Assembly: GCA_027357065.1 (NCBI GenBank)
Contig: DAHVVZ010000045.1
Span: 1-36,641, forward strand
Length of the DNA stretch: 36,641 nt
Direction of reading: 5' to 3'
Source: Candidatus Saccharimonadota bacterium
GTDB lineage: Bacteria > Patescibacteriota > Saccharimonadia > Saccharimonadales > UBA4665
In this document: positions 9,760 through 18,464 of the stretch, piece by piece
How positions within the stretch are numbered: position 1 is the stretch's first letter
Layout: each line of letters begins with the position of its first letter
Position numbers and translations under genes: made by a program
The notes under the pieces: model-generated
Databases searched by the model: none
What the model was told of the DNA's origin: nothing
What the model saw: only the letters and a program-made list of their open reading frames with translations

Positions 9760-10404
9760 TTAATACCCTCCACTACCCCAATCAATAATCACATCGGCAA
9801 GTTGTTTCGGTTCTCTAGCTACTACATTTGGCTGGTGCTGTAGTAATAGCTGTTCGGTATTGTAGCCCCAAGTTACAGCCACTACGGGCATCTTTAACTC
9901 TCTGGCGGCTTCTATGTCCCTTACCTCATCACCAACATATATTGCCGTATTCGGACTGAGTCGATTGATCTTCATTGCCTTCTTAATGAGGCGCTGTTTA
10001 CTAAACATTCCGGCACCGCCATAAACTGCTTTAAAGTCATCAAGCATTCCCTGACTAGATAGAAAACGCTCAACGTTATTCGTGCTGTTACTTGTGACAA
10101 TAAACAATTCAAACTTTGCGTTTCGTAGTCTGGAAATTGCCTGATCCATGCCGGCAAACATTGGTATGCCATTAATATCCTGGGCCATCATTTTCCGGCC
10201 CTTCTTTAACAGCCACGCTCCTCTCCACTGCGGTAGGTCAAGCAGCCTAATAGCTTCTCTCAGACCATTATGCTTACTACGTAGACCGTGTATGTGATTA
10301 ATATCTGCCAGTTGTTCATTCTTCGTCAACTTATACGCAATATCTATAACGGCCGTAAAGCTATCGGCGATGGTTCCGTCAAAATCAAAGATAACTGCTC
10401 GCAT
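9760..10404 (-). CDS. HAD-superfamily hydrolase (phosphoglycolate phosphatase-like)
   Basis: 214 aa with motif I DFDGTIADS at the N-terminus, motif II VTSNS and motif IV GDEVRDIEAA. Confidence 0.8.
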   Translation of the reverse strand: MRAVIFDFDGTIADSFTAVIDIAYKLTKNEQLADINHIHGLRSKHNGLREAIRLLDLPQWRGAWLLKKGRKMMAQDINGIPMFAGMDQAISRLRNAKFELFIVTSNSTNNVERFLSSQGMLDDFKAVYGGAGMFSKQRLIKKAMKINRLSPNTAIYVGDEVRDIEAARELKMPVVAVTWGYNTEQLLLQHQPNVVAREPKQLADVIIDWGSGGY

Positions 10405-10480
10405 ATTTATTTTCCTGACTAACTATAGCCTGCTAATAATCTTTACGTAAGTGTCGCTAATAGTGATTCTTGGCGTTTTC

Positions 10481-10852
10481 TCAGCTTTCCAGCTCGCGAA
10501 TCTTATCATGGTCAAGCCCGTAATAATGCCCTATTTCATGCCATAACGTATGCCGGATATTTTCCTGAAGTTGGTTTATATTTGCACTGGCGTTGGACAG
10601 CGGACCCTTAAAAATTGTTATCTTATCCGGCAGCACTCTGGTTTGACCTTGGCGGAAAGGCAATGGAATGCCCTCATATAAACCAAATAATGTCTGGTCG
10701 TCGCGTAGTTTTAGTCTTTCTCGCTGCTCACTATCCGGATAATCGGCATAAATTATTGCAACATTAGCAATATTTTTAGCATGCTCCCCGGGAAGACTAT
10801 CTAGAGCCTGGATGGTAAGTTTCTGAAACAATTCGTCGTCTACGCTAACCAT
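10481..10852 (-). CDS. Small zincin-like metallopeptidase family protein
   Basis: An HExxH motif (WHEIGHYYGLDHD) lies near the C-terminus of a roughly 124-aa protein. I prefer the ATG at 10852 (MVSVDDE...), which avoids overlap with lysS. The ORF-track start at 10909 would overlap lysS by 50 nt. Confidence 0.65.
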   Translation of the reverse strand: MVSVDDELFQKLTIQALDSLPGEHAKNIANVAIIYADYPDSEQRERLKLRDDQTLFGLYEGIPLPFRQGQTRVLPDKITIFKGPLSNASANINQLQENIRHTLWHEIGHYYGLDHDKIRELES

Positions 10853-10859
10853 TTTTAAA

Positions 10860-12371
10860 CTACAGATTAGCTTCTGGGTAAAGTGCTCTTGAATTAGGGT
10901 CAACTTCACGGCGTAAATTCGGAAAAGGGACTCCTTCGCGCGCTGTTACACCTTCAAGTAGCCAGAACACGCGTTCACTAAAGCCCAGACCGCAAGCCGG
11001 TGGCATGCCATATTCCAGCATTTCTACAAAATCAATGTCCATCATCATTGCTTCATCATCACCACTGGCTCTCATTTTCTGTTGTTCGAGAAAACGATTG
11101 TATTGCTCAATTGGATCATTAAGTTCCGAAAAGCCGTTACTGACCTCGCTGCCGGCAATAACAGCTTGAAAGCGCTGGGTAGTGTTCGGTCGGTCAGGGT
11201 TTGTTTTGGCTAGTGGACTAATGAAAGTCGGTGTATCTACTAACCAAATCGGGCCCGCCACGGTGGAGCGAATATTCTTCCAAAGTTTATCTATGCCCCG
11301 GGCAAGATTATCGCTATCGGCAACTTCCAGGTGATGTTTGCTCAAAAGTCCCTTGATTTGATCCAAACTGGTACTAAAAATATCCAAGCCATCATAATAT
11401 TTGGCAATTGTTTGAGCATAATCCCACTCTTCCCATTCATCTTCCAGGTTTACGCTGAATTTCCCAATATTAAACTTTAGCGTACCAAACGTTTTAAGGG
11501 CTATTTGCCTAAACATCTCCGTCTGCAATTTCATGCCGTCGCGCCAGTCCGCGAACGCCCAGTACCACTCCATAGCCACATGTTCAGGTAAATGTTCATC
11601 GCTATAATTTTCGTTTCTAAAACGCGGGCCAATGTCATAAACTTTCTCAAAACCGGCACCTAGTAGGCGTTTAAGGGGTAATTCGTGACTAATTCTTAAA
11701 TAGAAATCCTCCCCAAGAGCATTCATGTGCGTAACAAAAGGTGTAGCATCGGCACCTCCTGTAGTGTGCTCAAGCACTGGGACATTTATTTCTACGAAGT
11801 CATGGGCATTTAAAAAATCCCGCGTAGCTTGCCAAAAACGGCTACGTCGTATAAATCGTTCCCGAATATCCGGGTTAACGTTCATATCCACGTAACGACG
11901 CCGGAGACGTTCTTCTTTATTAGTGAAGCCCTCCCGACTCAGCGGCAAAGGTCTTAAGCTTTTGGTTAGTAAGCGTAGCTTACTAACCTGGATCGATAAC
12001 TCGCCTGTCTGGCTCTTAATTACTTTTCCGGTGGCCGCCACAAAATCACCGCTATCTAAAAGGGATAATTCGCTAAAACCAAGCTGTTCATTTTTCGGAT
12101 CCAGTCCTTCAAGCGTTTGCTCGCTAAGTAATAGCTGAATTTTTCCGCTCTGATCACTAATAACTACAAAGGCTATTTTACCGAGCTTACGCAGCGTGAT
12201 AATGCGCCCAGCTACCGAGACAATTGTGCCTTCCAGTTCGCTAAAATGATCAGTTACATCTCTAAGCGTATTGTCGCGCTCAACATGAGCTGGATACGGA
12301 TTAATACCCAGTTGCTTTAATGAGTCTAGTTTACGTAGTCGTTCCTTACGCAGTTCGGCAATAGTTGCCAT
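10860..12371 (-). CDS. lysS: Lysyl-tRNA synthetase, class II
   Basis: 503 aa with an N-terminal LysRS pattern (LGINPYP), an OB anticodon-binding domain and a class II catalytic core (GPRFRNE..., GGADA). Confidence 0.92.
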   Translation of the reverse strand: MATIAELRKERLRKLDSLKQLGINPYPAHVERDNTLRDVTDHFSELEGTIVSVAGRIITLRKLGKIAFVVISDQSGKIQLLLSEQTLEGLDPKNEQLGFSELSLLDSGDFVAATGKVIKSQTGELSIQVSKLRLLTKSLRPLPLSREGFTNKEERLRRRYVDMNVNPDIRERFIRRSRFWQATRDFLNAHDFVEINVPVLEHTTGGADATPFVTHMNALGEDFYLRISHELPLKRLLGAGFEKVYDIGPRFRNENYSDEHLPEHVAMEWYWAFADWRDGMKLQTEMFRQIALKTFGTLKFNIGKFSVNLEDEWEEWDYAQTIAKYYDGLDIFSTSLDQIKGLLSKHHLEVADSDNLARGIDKLWKNIRSTVAGPIWLVDTPTFISPLAKTNPDRPNTTQRFQAVIAGSEVSNGFSELNDPIEQYNRFLEQQKMRASGDDEAMMMDIDFVEMLEYGMPPACGLGFSERVFWLLEGVTAREGVPFPNLRREVDPNSRALYPEANL

Positions 12372-12455
12372 GATGCCATTTCTATCTATTAGTTAGCTAA
12401 CCTGAATTATAGTATATAAAATAACTTTTTAGGGCTTTATTCTGGTTTTTAAAAT

Positions 12456-12923
12456 CTAGGAAATGCCAATAACTTTATATACGGTACTTTCGAGAGGCGT
12501 CTTGATTTCAACTTCGTCCTTCTCTTGTTTGCCAATCAAGGCCTTGCCGATGGGCGATTCATCGCTGATTTTGCCATTTAAAGGATCGGCTTCAACGGTT
12601 CCGACAATTTGAAATTCTTTAGTTGTTCCATCGTCGCTCTTTAGGCTAACCTTTGAACCAAGTTGAACTTTAGCGCTACTGTGAGGCGCTTTAATCAGCT
12701 CCACGTTTTGCAAGATATGCTCAATCTCAGAGATGCGCGATTCATTACGCTCTTGAGCGGCTCGAGCTGATTGGTACTCGCTATTCTCAGAGAGATCTCC
12801 GAACTCACGAGCAGTACGAATACTTTCGGCGATTTCAGCGCGTTCGGCAGTCAATCCTTCAAGCTCTAGTTTTAGTTCGTCAATACCTTCTTTGGTAAGA
12901 CGAAACGTTTTCTTAACGACCAT
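12456..12923 (-). CDS. greA: Transcription elongation factor GreA
   Basis: A coiled-coil N-domain with EFGDLSENSEYQSA, plus a C-terminal FKBP-like domain. I prefer the ATG at 12923 (MVVKKTF...), 4 nt after the proS stop. The upstream extension in the ORF track overlaps proS. Confidence 0.9.
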   Translation of the reverse strand: MVVKKTFRLTKEGIDELKLELEGLTAERAEIAESIRTAREFGDLSENSEYQSARAAQERNESRISEIEHILQNVELIKAPHSSAKVQLGSKVSLKSDDGTTKEFQIVGTVEADPLNGKISDESPIGKALIGKQEKDEVEIKTPLESTVYKVIGIS

Positions 12924-12927
12924 AGGC

Positions 12928-14220
12928 TTAGTCCTTTCCGATTTCCTTATTATGCAGATTACTTTTTGCAGTTGTAGCTTCAACTAGCTTAATCAGGTTG
13001 CTTTCGTTTAGCTGCTGAAGTTTATTATTCAATCTCGATTTAATTTCGTAGAGTCCGTTTTCGATGAACTGCTCGCTGACAACAACGCGCCAAGGAATTC
13101 CCATCAGGTCCGCGTCAGAGAACTTTTCCCCGGGACGAACATCTCGGTCATCATATATTACCGCAACCCCCCGTGCTGTCAATATGTTATATAGCTTATC
13201 TGCGCCACTGACCGCCTTAGAATCGCCGATAGCTATCAAATAAACCTTCGCTGGAGCAATATTGATTGGCCAAACCAGCCCGTTCTGATCATTAAAGTGC
13301 TCGGCAATTACACCCATCAGTCGACTGATACCTATTCCATAAGAACTTAGGTAGACTGGTTGTCGTTGACCTGACTGATCGCTAAAATAAACGTCCATCT
13401 GTTCGCCCTTAATAGGACCAAAATTAAAGATATTACCGACCTCAGCGGCCTTAACTTTTTCCAAATGGTCTTTTTTCATCCCCAGTTGAGCTAATATCTC
13501 GTCGCTATACACTTCTTCGTTAACAGCCAGCCGTTTGCTACGATCCAAATAAATTGTATCCTCGCCGCTATCGGTAACGGTTTGGAATTCATGGCTGAAT
13601 TGAGTAAAAGATCCTCCGGAAGCAAACGTTACAAACGTATTGTCTCCCAAGCCAATTCTGTCATATACCCGCAAGTAGGCATCTTTGGTTCGCTCATAAA
13701 ATTCACTAAGTTCGTCCGCGCTACGCGAGAAAGCATACATATCCTTCATAATAAATTCGCGGCCTCGCATGACTCCACTTTTAGCCCTTAGCTCGTTCCT
13801 GAACTTAGTCTGGAACTGATAAACGCTAATCGGTAGATCACGGTAACTCTTAACCAGTGACTTCGCCATCATCATTATCGGTTCTTCGTGACTCCAGCCG
13901 AAACCTATTTCGGCGCCGGTTTTAAGCTGACTCTTAAACCAAATGTCTACTAAATCGTCACTCCAGCGACCACTTAATACCCAGCTATCTTTAGCCTGAA
14001 GCGAGGTCATTAATAATTCTGAAGCCCCTAGAGCGTTCATCTCCTCGCGTACGACTGTCTTAATATTCTCAATGACCTGCAAACCTAACGGCAAGTACGA
14101 GTAGGCTCCTGCCATCTCCTTGTGAATAAAACCGGCTCGGATTAATAACTTGGCATTTATTGCCTGCTCGTCAGCCGGAGCATTCTTGAGTGTTTTGGTA
14201 ATATTCTGGCTTAAGCGCAT
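12928..14220 (-). CDS. proS: Prolyl-tRNA synthetase (short, bacterial-type, lacking the INS editing domain)
   Basis: 430 aa with class II motif 2 (FRNELRAKSGVMRGREFIMKD) and motif 3 (SYGIGISRLMG) and a C-terminal anticodon-binding domain. The spacing between motifs 2 and 3 is too short to hold a full INS domain. Confidence 0.9.
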   Translation of the reverse strand: MRLSQNITKTLKNAPADEQAINAKLLIRAGFIHKEMAGAYSYLPLGLQVIENIKTVVREEMNALGASELLMTSLQAKDSWVLSGRWSDDLVDIWFKSQLKTGAEIGFGWSHEEPIMMMAKSLVKSYRDLPISVYQFQTKFRNELRAKSGVMRGREFIMKDMYAFSRSADELSEFYERTKDAYLRVYDRIGLGDNTFVTFASGGSFTQFSHEFQTVTDSGEDTIYLDRSKRLAVNEEVYSDEILAQLGMKKDHLEKVKAAEVGNIFNFGPIKGEQMDVYFSDQSGQRQPVYLSSYGIGISRLMGVIAEHFNDQNGLVWPINIAPAKVYLIAIGDSKAVSGADKLYNILTARGVAVIYDDRDVRPGEKFSDADLMGIPWRVVVSEQFIENGLYEIKSRLNNKLQQLNESNLIKLVEATTAKSNLHNKEIGKD

Positions 14221-14268
14221 GATTATTTGCCTTGCTCCTCTTTCTCTCGTAGTTTTACTTAGTTTAAC

Positions 14269-15060
14269 CTAACGGCTGGTTAACACAAACAGGTAGATAA
14301 AAGCAATCGCATTCTTAATGGCATGAAGGAATATTCCCGGCCATAGGCTCTTGGTTTTTTGTTTTAGATAAACGAGCACTAAACTTAAGCTAAATATGTC
14401 CAGGGCTCCAACCCAAAATAGGCTGCCGCCCCCACCCTCTGGCAAATGAGCCGCGGCAAAGATTAGGCTAGTTAGTAGTCCGGCGTAAACTACCGGCATC
14501 GACTTCTTTAACCCTTCAAATAGAAGTCCCCTGAACAACAACTCTTCGGCAATAGGCGGCAAGATAACCAGACTAATGAAGGTCAGAACCAGCTGAGTGT
14601 TGCCATGAACTGAGTTAAAACCAATGTTCTGCGACTGATTAAGGTTTAAGCCGTGAACAAAGTGAGTTACCAGACCGATTGCTATTAAATAAATGATCAG
14701 GTACGCCGGATAGGCCATTAATCCATAGCCTCCATCGCGCAAACGAATCTTCTTAAGACCGAGTGAGGATAATTTTTTGCCGTAACGACGCAGAATTAGC
14801 CAAAGCAAAAGTACGTTAAAGCTCTCAAATAGCAAAACAAAGGCAAACTGACCCACGACCGAGTTATTGAGCCAGTTATTGGCTTGAGCCGTATTCCAAC
14901 CCCTAAATAGGGCGTAAAACGAAAGTATTAAACTAGCGGCGTATTGGCTAATAAAGAAAATTGCCGCAACTAGAAATATAACAACTACTGGCAACAGCCA
15001 TTTAGGAATTTTTTCCCAGGGGCGGGAGTTTGGCTGCCATAAAGATTTTTTTTGTTCCAT
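14269..15060 (-). CDS. CPBP family intramembrane glutamic endopeptidase (CAAX protease/Abi family)
   Basis: 263-aa polytopic membrane protein with EELLFRG, FAAAH and HAIKN motifs. Confidence 0.8.
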   Translation of the reverse strand: MEQKKSLWQPNSRPWEKIPKWLLPVVVIFLVAAIFFISQYAASLILSFYALFRGWNTAQANNWLNNSVVGQFAFVLLFESFNVLLLWLILRRYGKKLSSLGLKKIRLRDGGYGLMAYPAYLIIYLIAIGLVTHFVHGLNLNQSQNIGFNSVHGNTQLVLTFISLVILPPIAEELLFRGLLFEGLKKSMPVVYAGLLTSLIFAAAHLPEGGGGSLFWVGALDIFSLSLVLVYLKQKTKSLWPGIFLHAIKNAIAFIYLFVLTSR

Positions 15061-15073
15061 GTTTTTTTATTTA

Positions 15074-16246
15074 TTAGAAGAAACGATGAATATCCACTAG
15101 GGAGACTAGTACTATAAGGGTTAACAATATGAACATGCCGACAGCATTTATTGTTTCTTCAAGCGAAGCCGATAGCTTTTTGCCAATGCTCCTAAAAATG
15201 AGGGTCAGCCAAAGTCGCCCGCCGTCTAATGCTGGCAATGGCAAAATGTTCATGATGGCTAATGTTAGCGAAATAATCGCAATAATAAACAGCATGTACT
15301 GGTAACCTAATACGCTACCGTCCTTAAGAATAACGAAGATTCCAATCGGTCCGGCAACCTGAGATGAAGCAACCGTTTGACCATGTTGTCTGGCGGCGGT
15401 GTTGCCGGTCACCAGACCAGCGATAATTTGACCTAGGCCCACAAGCGCATGGCCCAGGCCGACGAATGTCAGCTTAATAACTTGGAGCGTCAATCCAGCA
15501 GCTTCGACCGGTCCAGCCCACCAGCTATATTGCCGCATCGTCAGTGATGCAAGAGTAACTCCAAAATATCCTTTCGGGTTTTTGGTCTTGAGGCTGGCAT
15601 TAACCACAGAGGCCGATAGAAGACGTACACTTTTTATCTCCTCTTGCCCGTTGGTCTTATATGCAACCTCAACCTGCTGGCCAGCATAGTCATGAGTCAG
15701 ACGCTGCAGATCGGTTATTGTATTGACTGGTTTTAGCTCCCCGGGATGCCCGATAGCGACAATCTGGTCTTCGCTAGCAATACCTATGCTAGCTGCGGGA
15801 CTATGCGATTGGATAGAAGTTACCAACACTTCTTGACGTGATATGTGGCTAGCATTGCCGGAAACGTTAAATTGACCGCCAACCAGTTGCGGTAGACCAA
15901 TCCAGGCTAGAATTATTAATAGAATAACGGCGGTAACCAGATTAAAGAAAACGCCCGCAAGCATAATCTTGGATTTTGCAAGAAGTGATGCGGCGCCAAA
16001 GCTGCCACGCTCGGTATCGCTATCGTGCTCACCCTTAAGTTTCACGAATCCTCCTAATGGAAGGAGATTCACCGAGAAAATCCAGCCTTTTTTGGTCTTA
16101 CGTTTATATAAAGCTGGTGGAAAAAAAATACCAAACTCTTCAGGCTCTACACCATTTCGCTTAGCCACCCAAAAGTGACCAAATTCATGGATAATAACCA
16201 AGCTAATAAACAGTAGTACCCCTACTATCAATATGAGGATTGACAT
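15074..16246 (-). CDS. rseP: RIP site-2 metalloprotease RseP/RasP (M50)
   Basis: 390 aa with HEFGH in TM1, a central PDZ-like segment and a C-terminal NILPLPALDGG motif. Confidence 0.9.
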   Translation of the reverse strand: MSILILIVGVLLFISLVIIHEFGHFWVAKRNGVEPEEFGIFFPPALYKRKTKKGWIFSVNLLPLGGFVKLKGEHDSDTERGSFGAASLLAKSKIMLAGVFFNLVTAVILLIILAWIGLPQLVGGQFNVSGNASHISRQEVLVTSIQSHSPAASIGIASEDQIVAIGHPGELKPVNTITDLQRLTHDYAGQQVEVAYKTNGQEEIKSVRLLSASVVNASLKTKNPKGYFGVTLASLTMRQYSWWAGPVEAAGLTLQVIKLTFVGLGHALVGLGQIIAGLVTGNTAARQHGQTVASSQVAGPIGIFVILKDGSVLGYQYMLFIIAIISLTLAIMNILPLPALDGGRLWLTLIFRSIGKKLSASLEETINAVGMFILLTLIVLVSLVDIHRFF

Positions 16247-16304
16247 ATATATATTCTTGATTATATCTTAGTTAGCTGTGAAAAAGCAGGATATCGGACA
16301 CTAT

Positions 16305-16868
16305 TTAAATGGACAGAAGTTCAGTCTCTTTAGCTTTAGCGGCTGCATCAATCAGGGCTCGGACATTATTCATGCTCTCGTCAATAGCCTTTTCGGCCCG
16401 ATGAAGATCGTCTTCGCCAATTTGCTTTTCTTTTTTGGCATCTTCCAATTGCCTGAAAATCTCATGGCGTGCCGTGCGCATCCTTACTAATGCCTCCTCG
16501 ACCTTCTCGCCAATTTGCTTCGTTAGTTCGCGGCGACGTTCCTCGGTCAAAGGTGGAATCTGAACTCTCACTACTCGACCGTCATCACTAGGGTTTAACC
16601 CTAAATTCTGGTTGTTCCTGATTGCATTCACGATAGCTTGCAGGTTACTTGGATCAAATGGAGTGATCTGTAGTAGCTGCGCTTCGGGTACCGTAATACC
16701 GGCAGCCTGATTTAAGGGCATTTGCGTGCCGTACGCCTCGATCATTATACCGTCGAGCATGCCCGGATGAGCCCGACCGGTACGCAGACGAGTCAGCTCA
16801 TTAGTTAAATGTTCCTGGGCAGCCTTAAACGCTGCTTCAGCCTTGGCAATCATATTTGAGGTTTCCAC
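16305..16868 (-). CDS. frr: Ribosome recycling factor
   Basis: 187 aa with LRTGRAHPGMLDGI and a typical RRF C-terminal helix. The ORF-track start is a GTG. An alternative ATG is at 16853 (MIAKAE...). Confidence 0.92.
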   Translation of the reverse strand: METSNMIAKAEAAFKAAQEHLTNELTRLRTGRAHPGMLDGIMIEAYGTQMPLNQAAGITVPEAQLLQITPFDPSNLQAIVNAIRNNQNLGLNPSDDGRVVRVQIPPLTEERRRELTKQIGEKVEEALVRMRTARHEIFRQLEDAKKEKQIGEDDLHRAEKAIDESMNNVRALIDAAAKAKETELLSI

Positions 16869-16886
16869 TTTATGCTTACCCCCTAA

Positions 16887-17483
16887 TTAATTAGCTTCTC
16901 CGAGCGCAAGACGACAAAAGCGACGAACAACAATATTCTCGCCTAAACGAGCATTGTGCTCTTTGACGTAATCGCCAACGGTAATGTCCGGGTTTTTAAT
17001 AAACGGCTGCAGTAGCAAACAGTGCTCGGCAAAATATTTATCCAGTTGACCGGCCACAATTTTAGCAATCATCGCCTTTGGCTTGCCTTCATTCTCGGCA
17101 CGTTCAACAAGCTCAGCTTCAATCTGCTTAACTTCTTTTTCCGGCACTAATTCGCGGCTTAAATACTGTGGATTAGAAGCAGCGATATGCATTGCCAGAT
17201 CCTTAACCATGGTAGTAAATAATTCGTTGCGGGCCACAAAATCAGTTTCACAGTTAACTTCAACGATTACGCCAATCCGATTGTCGTGATTATATGATCC
17301 AATAATCCCGGCCGTCGCGGAACGTTCACTGCGCTTCTCGGCCTTTGTTAATCCTTTGGTTCGCATTTCCTTAAGCGCGGCGTCAAAATCACCGCCTGAA
17401 GCTTCCAGAGCCGCCTTAGCATCGCTAAGACCAACTCCTGTTAGATCTTTTAAGCGCTTTACTTGAGCAATGTCTACTGCCAT
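16887..17483 (-). CDS. tsf: Elongation factor Ts (short form)
   Basis: The N-terminal UBA-like segment is MAVDIAQVKRLKDLTGVGLSDAKAAL. I prefer the ATG at 17483, 4 nt after the rpsB stop. The ORF-track extension overlaps rpsB. Confidence 0.9.
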   Translation of the reverse strand: MAVDIAQVKRLKDLTGVGLSDAKAALEASGGDFDAALKEMRTKGLTKAEKRSERSATAGIIGSYNHDNRIGVIVEVNCETDFVARNELFTTMVKDLAMHIAASNPQYLSRELVPEKEVKQIEAELVERAENEGKPKAMIAKIVAGQLDKYFAEHCLLLQPFIKNPDITVGDYVKEHNARLGENIVVRRFCRLALGEAN

Positions 17484-17487
17484 AGAG

Positions 17488-18216
17488 CTAGTCTTCTTTC
17501 TTTTCTGCCACTGGAGCTTTTTTAGCTTGTTTGGCTTTCCCTTCTTCGATTGCCGAGCGGACATAGTCAGTAATCAGCTGAAGGGTTTTAATTGCATCGT
17601 CATTGGCCGGAATTGGGTAGTTTATTAATGTCGGGTCAGAGTTAGAATCAACAATCCCGACAATTGGAATGCCAATCCGGTTAGCTTCGCGAACCGCGTT
17701 GGCTTCGGTAATTACATCAACAATATAGATTGCTCCGGGTTTGCCGTTAAGATCCTTAATTCCACCGTAAATCCGGTTAAGTTCGTCAATCTCTTCTTGA
17801 AATCTCTGAACTTCCAACTTACTGTAGCGGTTGGCTAGTTCGCCTGATGCCATACGCGATTCCAGGTCCTTCAGGTGCTTAATCCGACCGCCAATTGTAT
17901 TCCAGTTGGTGAGCATTCCGCCAAGCCAGCGCTCGGTCACGTACGGCATATTAGTTGCAACTGCAGCTTCTTTAACGATTGACTGAGCCTGACGTTTAGT
18001 ACCGACCAGTAAAATTTGTTTTCCTGATGCAGCTGTGTCGTTCAAAAAACGCATAGCAGCATTTATACTTTCTACGCTTTTAGACAGGTCAATAATGTGT
18101 ATCCCGCCCCTTTTGGAGTGGATGTATTGAGCCATTTTCGGATGCCAGCGGCTAGTTTTGTGGCCAAAATGCGCACCGGCCTCCAGCAAGTCCTTCATAT
18201 TAACTTCGTTAGCCAT
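17488..18216 (-). CDS. rpsB: 30S ribosomal protein S2
   Basis: 242 aa with LLEAGAHFGH and RWLGGMLTN motifs and a basic C-terminal tail. Confidence 0.97.
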   Translation of the reverse strand: MANEVNMKDLLEAGAHFGHKTSRWHPKMAQYIHSKRGGIHIIDLSKSVESINAAMRFLNDTAASGKQILLVGTKRQAQSIVKEAAVATNMPYVTERWLGGMLTNWNTIGGRIKHLKDLESRMASGELANRYSKLEVQRFQEEIDELNRIYGGIKDLNGKPGAIYIVDVITEANAVREANRIGIPIVGIVDSNSDPTLINYPIPANDDAIKTLQLITDYVRSAIEEGKAKQAKKAPVAEKKED

Positions 18217-18342
18217 TTAATAGATATACCTTTCTGCGTTCCTTGATTACTTAACTTTGGCTGGGCGGCGCTCTTTTTAAGGCACAAGAGCCTTATGTAA
18301 AGAGAGGAACGCACCTACTCCTAGCCTGCTTAATTAAAAGTA
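18217..18342 (-). promoter_or_regulatory. Structured 5' leader of rpsB (candidate autoregulatory element)
   Basis: On the minus strand, a 9-bp long-range helix pairs UGCGUUCCU (18313-18305) with AGGAACGCA (18243-18235). It encloses a nested hairpin spanning 18271-18304, with pairings CUCUUU/AAAGAG and AAGGC/GCCUU. The 3' strand abuts the GAAAGG SD. Confidence 0.4.
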
Positions 18343-18348
18343 CGTAAG

Positions 18349-18377
18349 ATTATACCAAGGAGTGCCGCATCTATCAA
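18349..18377 (-). promoter_or_regulatory. rpsB promoter (TTGATA - 17 nt - TGgTATAAT)
   Basis: On the minus strand the -35 TTGATA is at 18377-18372, followed by a 17-nt spacer. The extended -10 TGGTATAAT is at 18357-18349. Confidence 0.6.
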
Positions 18378-18424
18378 CTAATGCGCCTAAATACTCTGGC
18401 TATCTACTTATTTCAGCTTTCGTC

Positions 18425-18453
18425 TTGCTTATCTGAACATAAAAAGATATATT
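18425..18453 (+). promoter_or_regulatory. rpmE promoter candidate (TTGCTT - 17 nt - TATATT)
   Basis: The -35 TTGCTT is at 18425-18430 and the -10 TATATT at 18448-18453, with a 17-nt spacer. The -10 ends 2 nt before the first ATG and 11 nt before the second. Confidence 0.45.
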
Positions 18454-18464
18454 AGATGCCTGTT

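Noticed and set aside
12924-12983. N-terminal extensions of the ORF-track models for greA (to 12983), tsf (to 17564) and the zincin protein (to 10909).
   Set aside because: The extensions overlap the 3' ends of the upstream genes by 50-80 nt. They are not part of the conserved protein families. Internal ATGs lie 4-7 nt after the upstream stop codons and give canonical N-termini.
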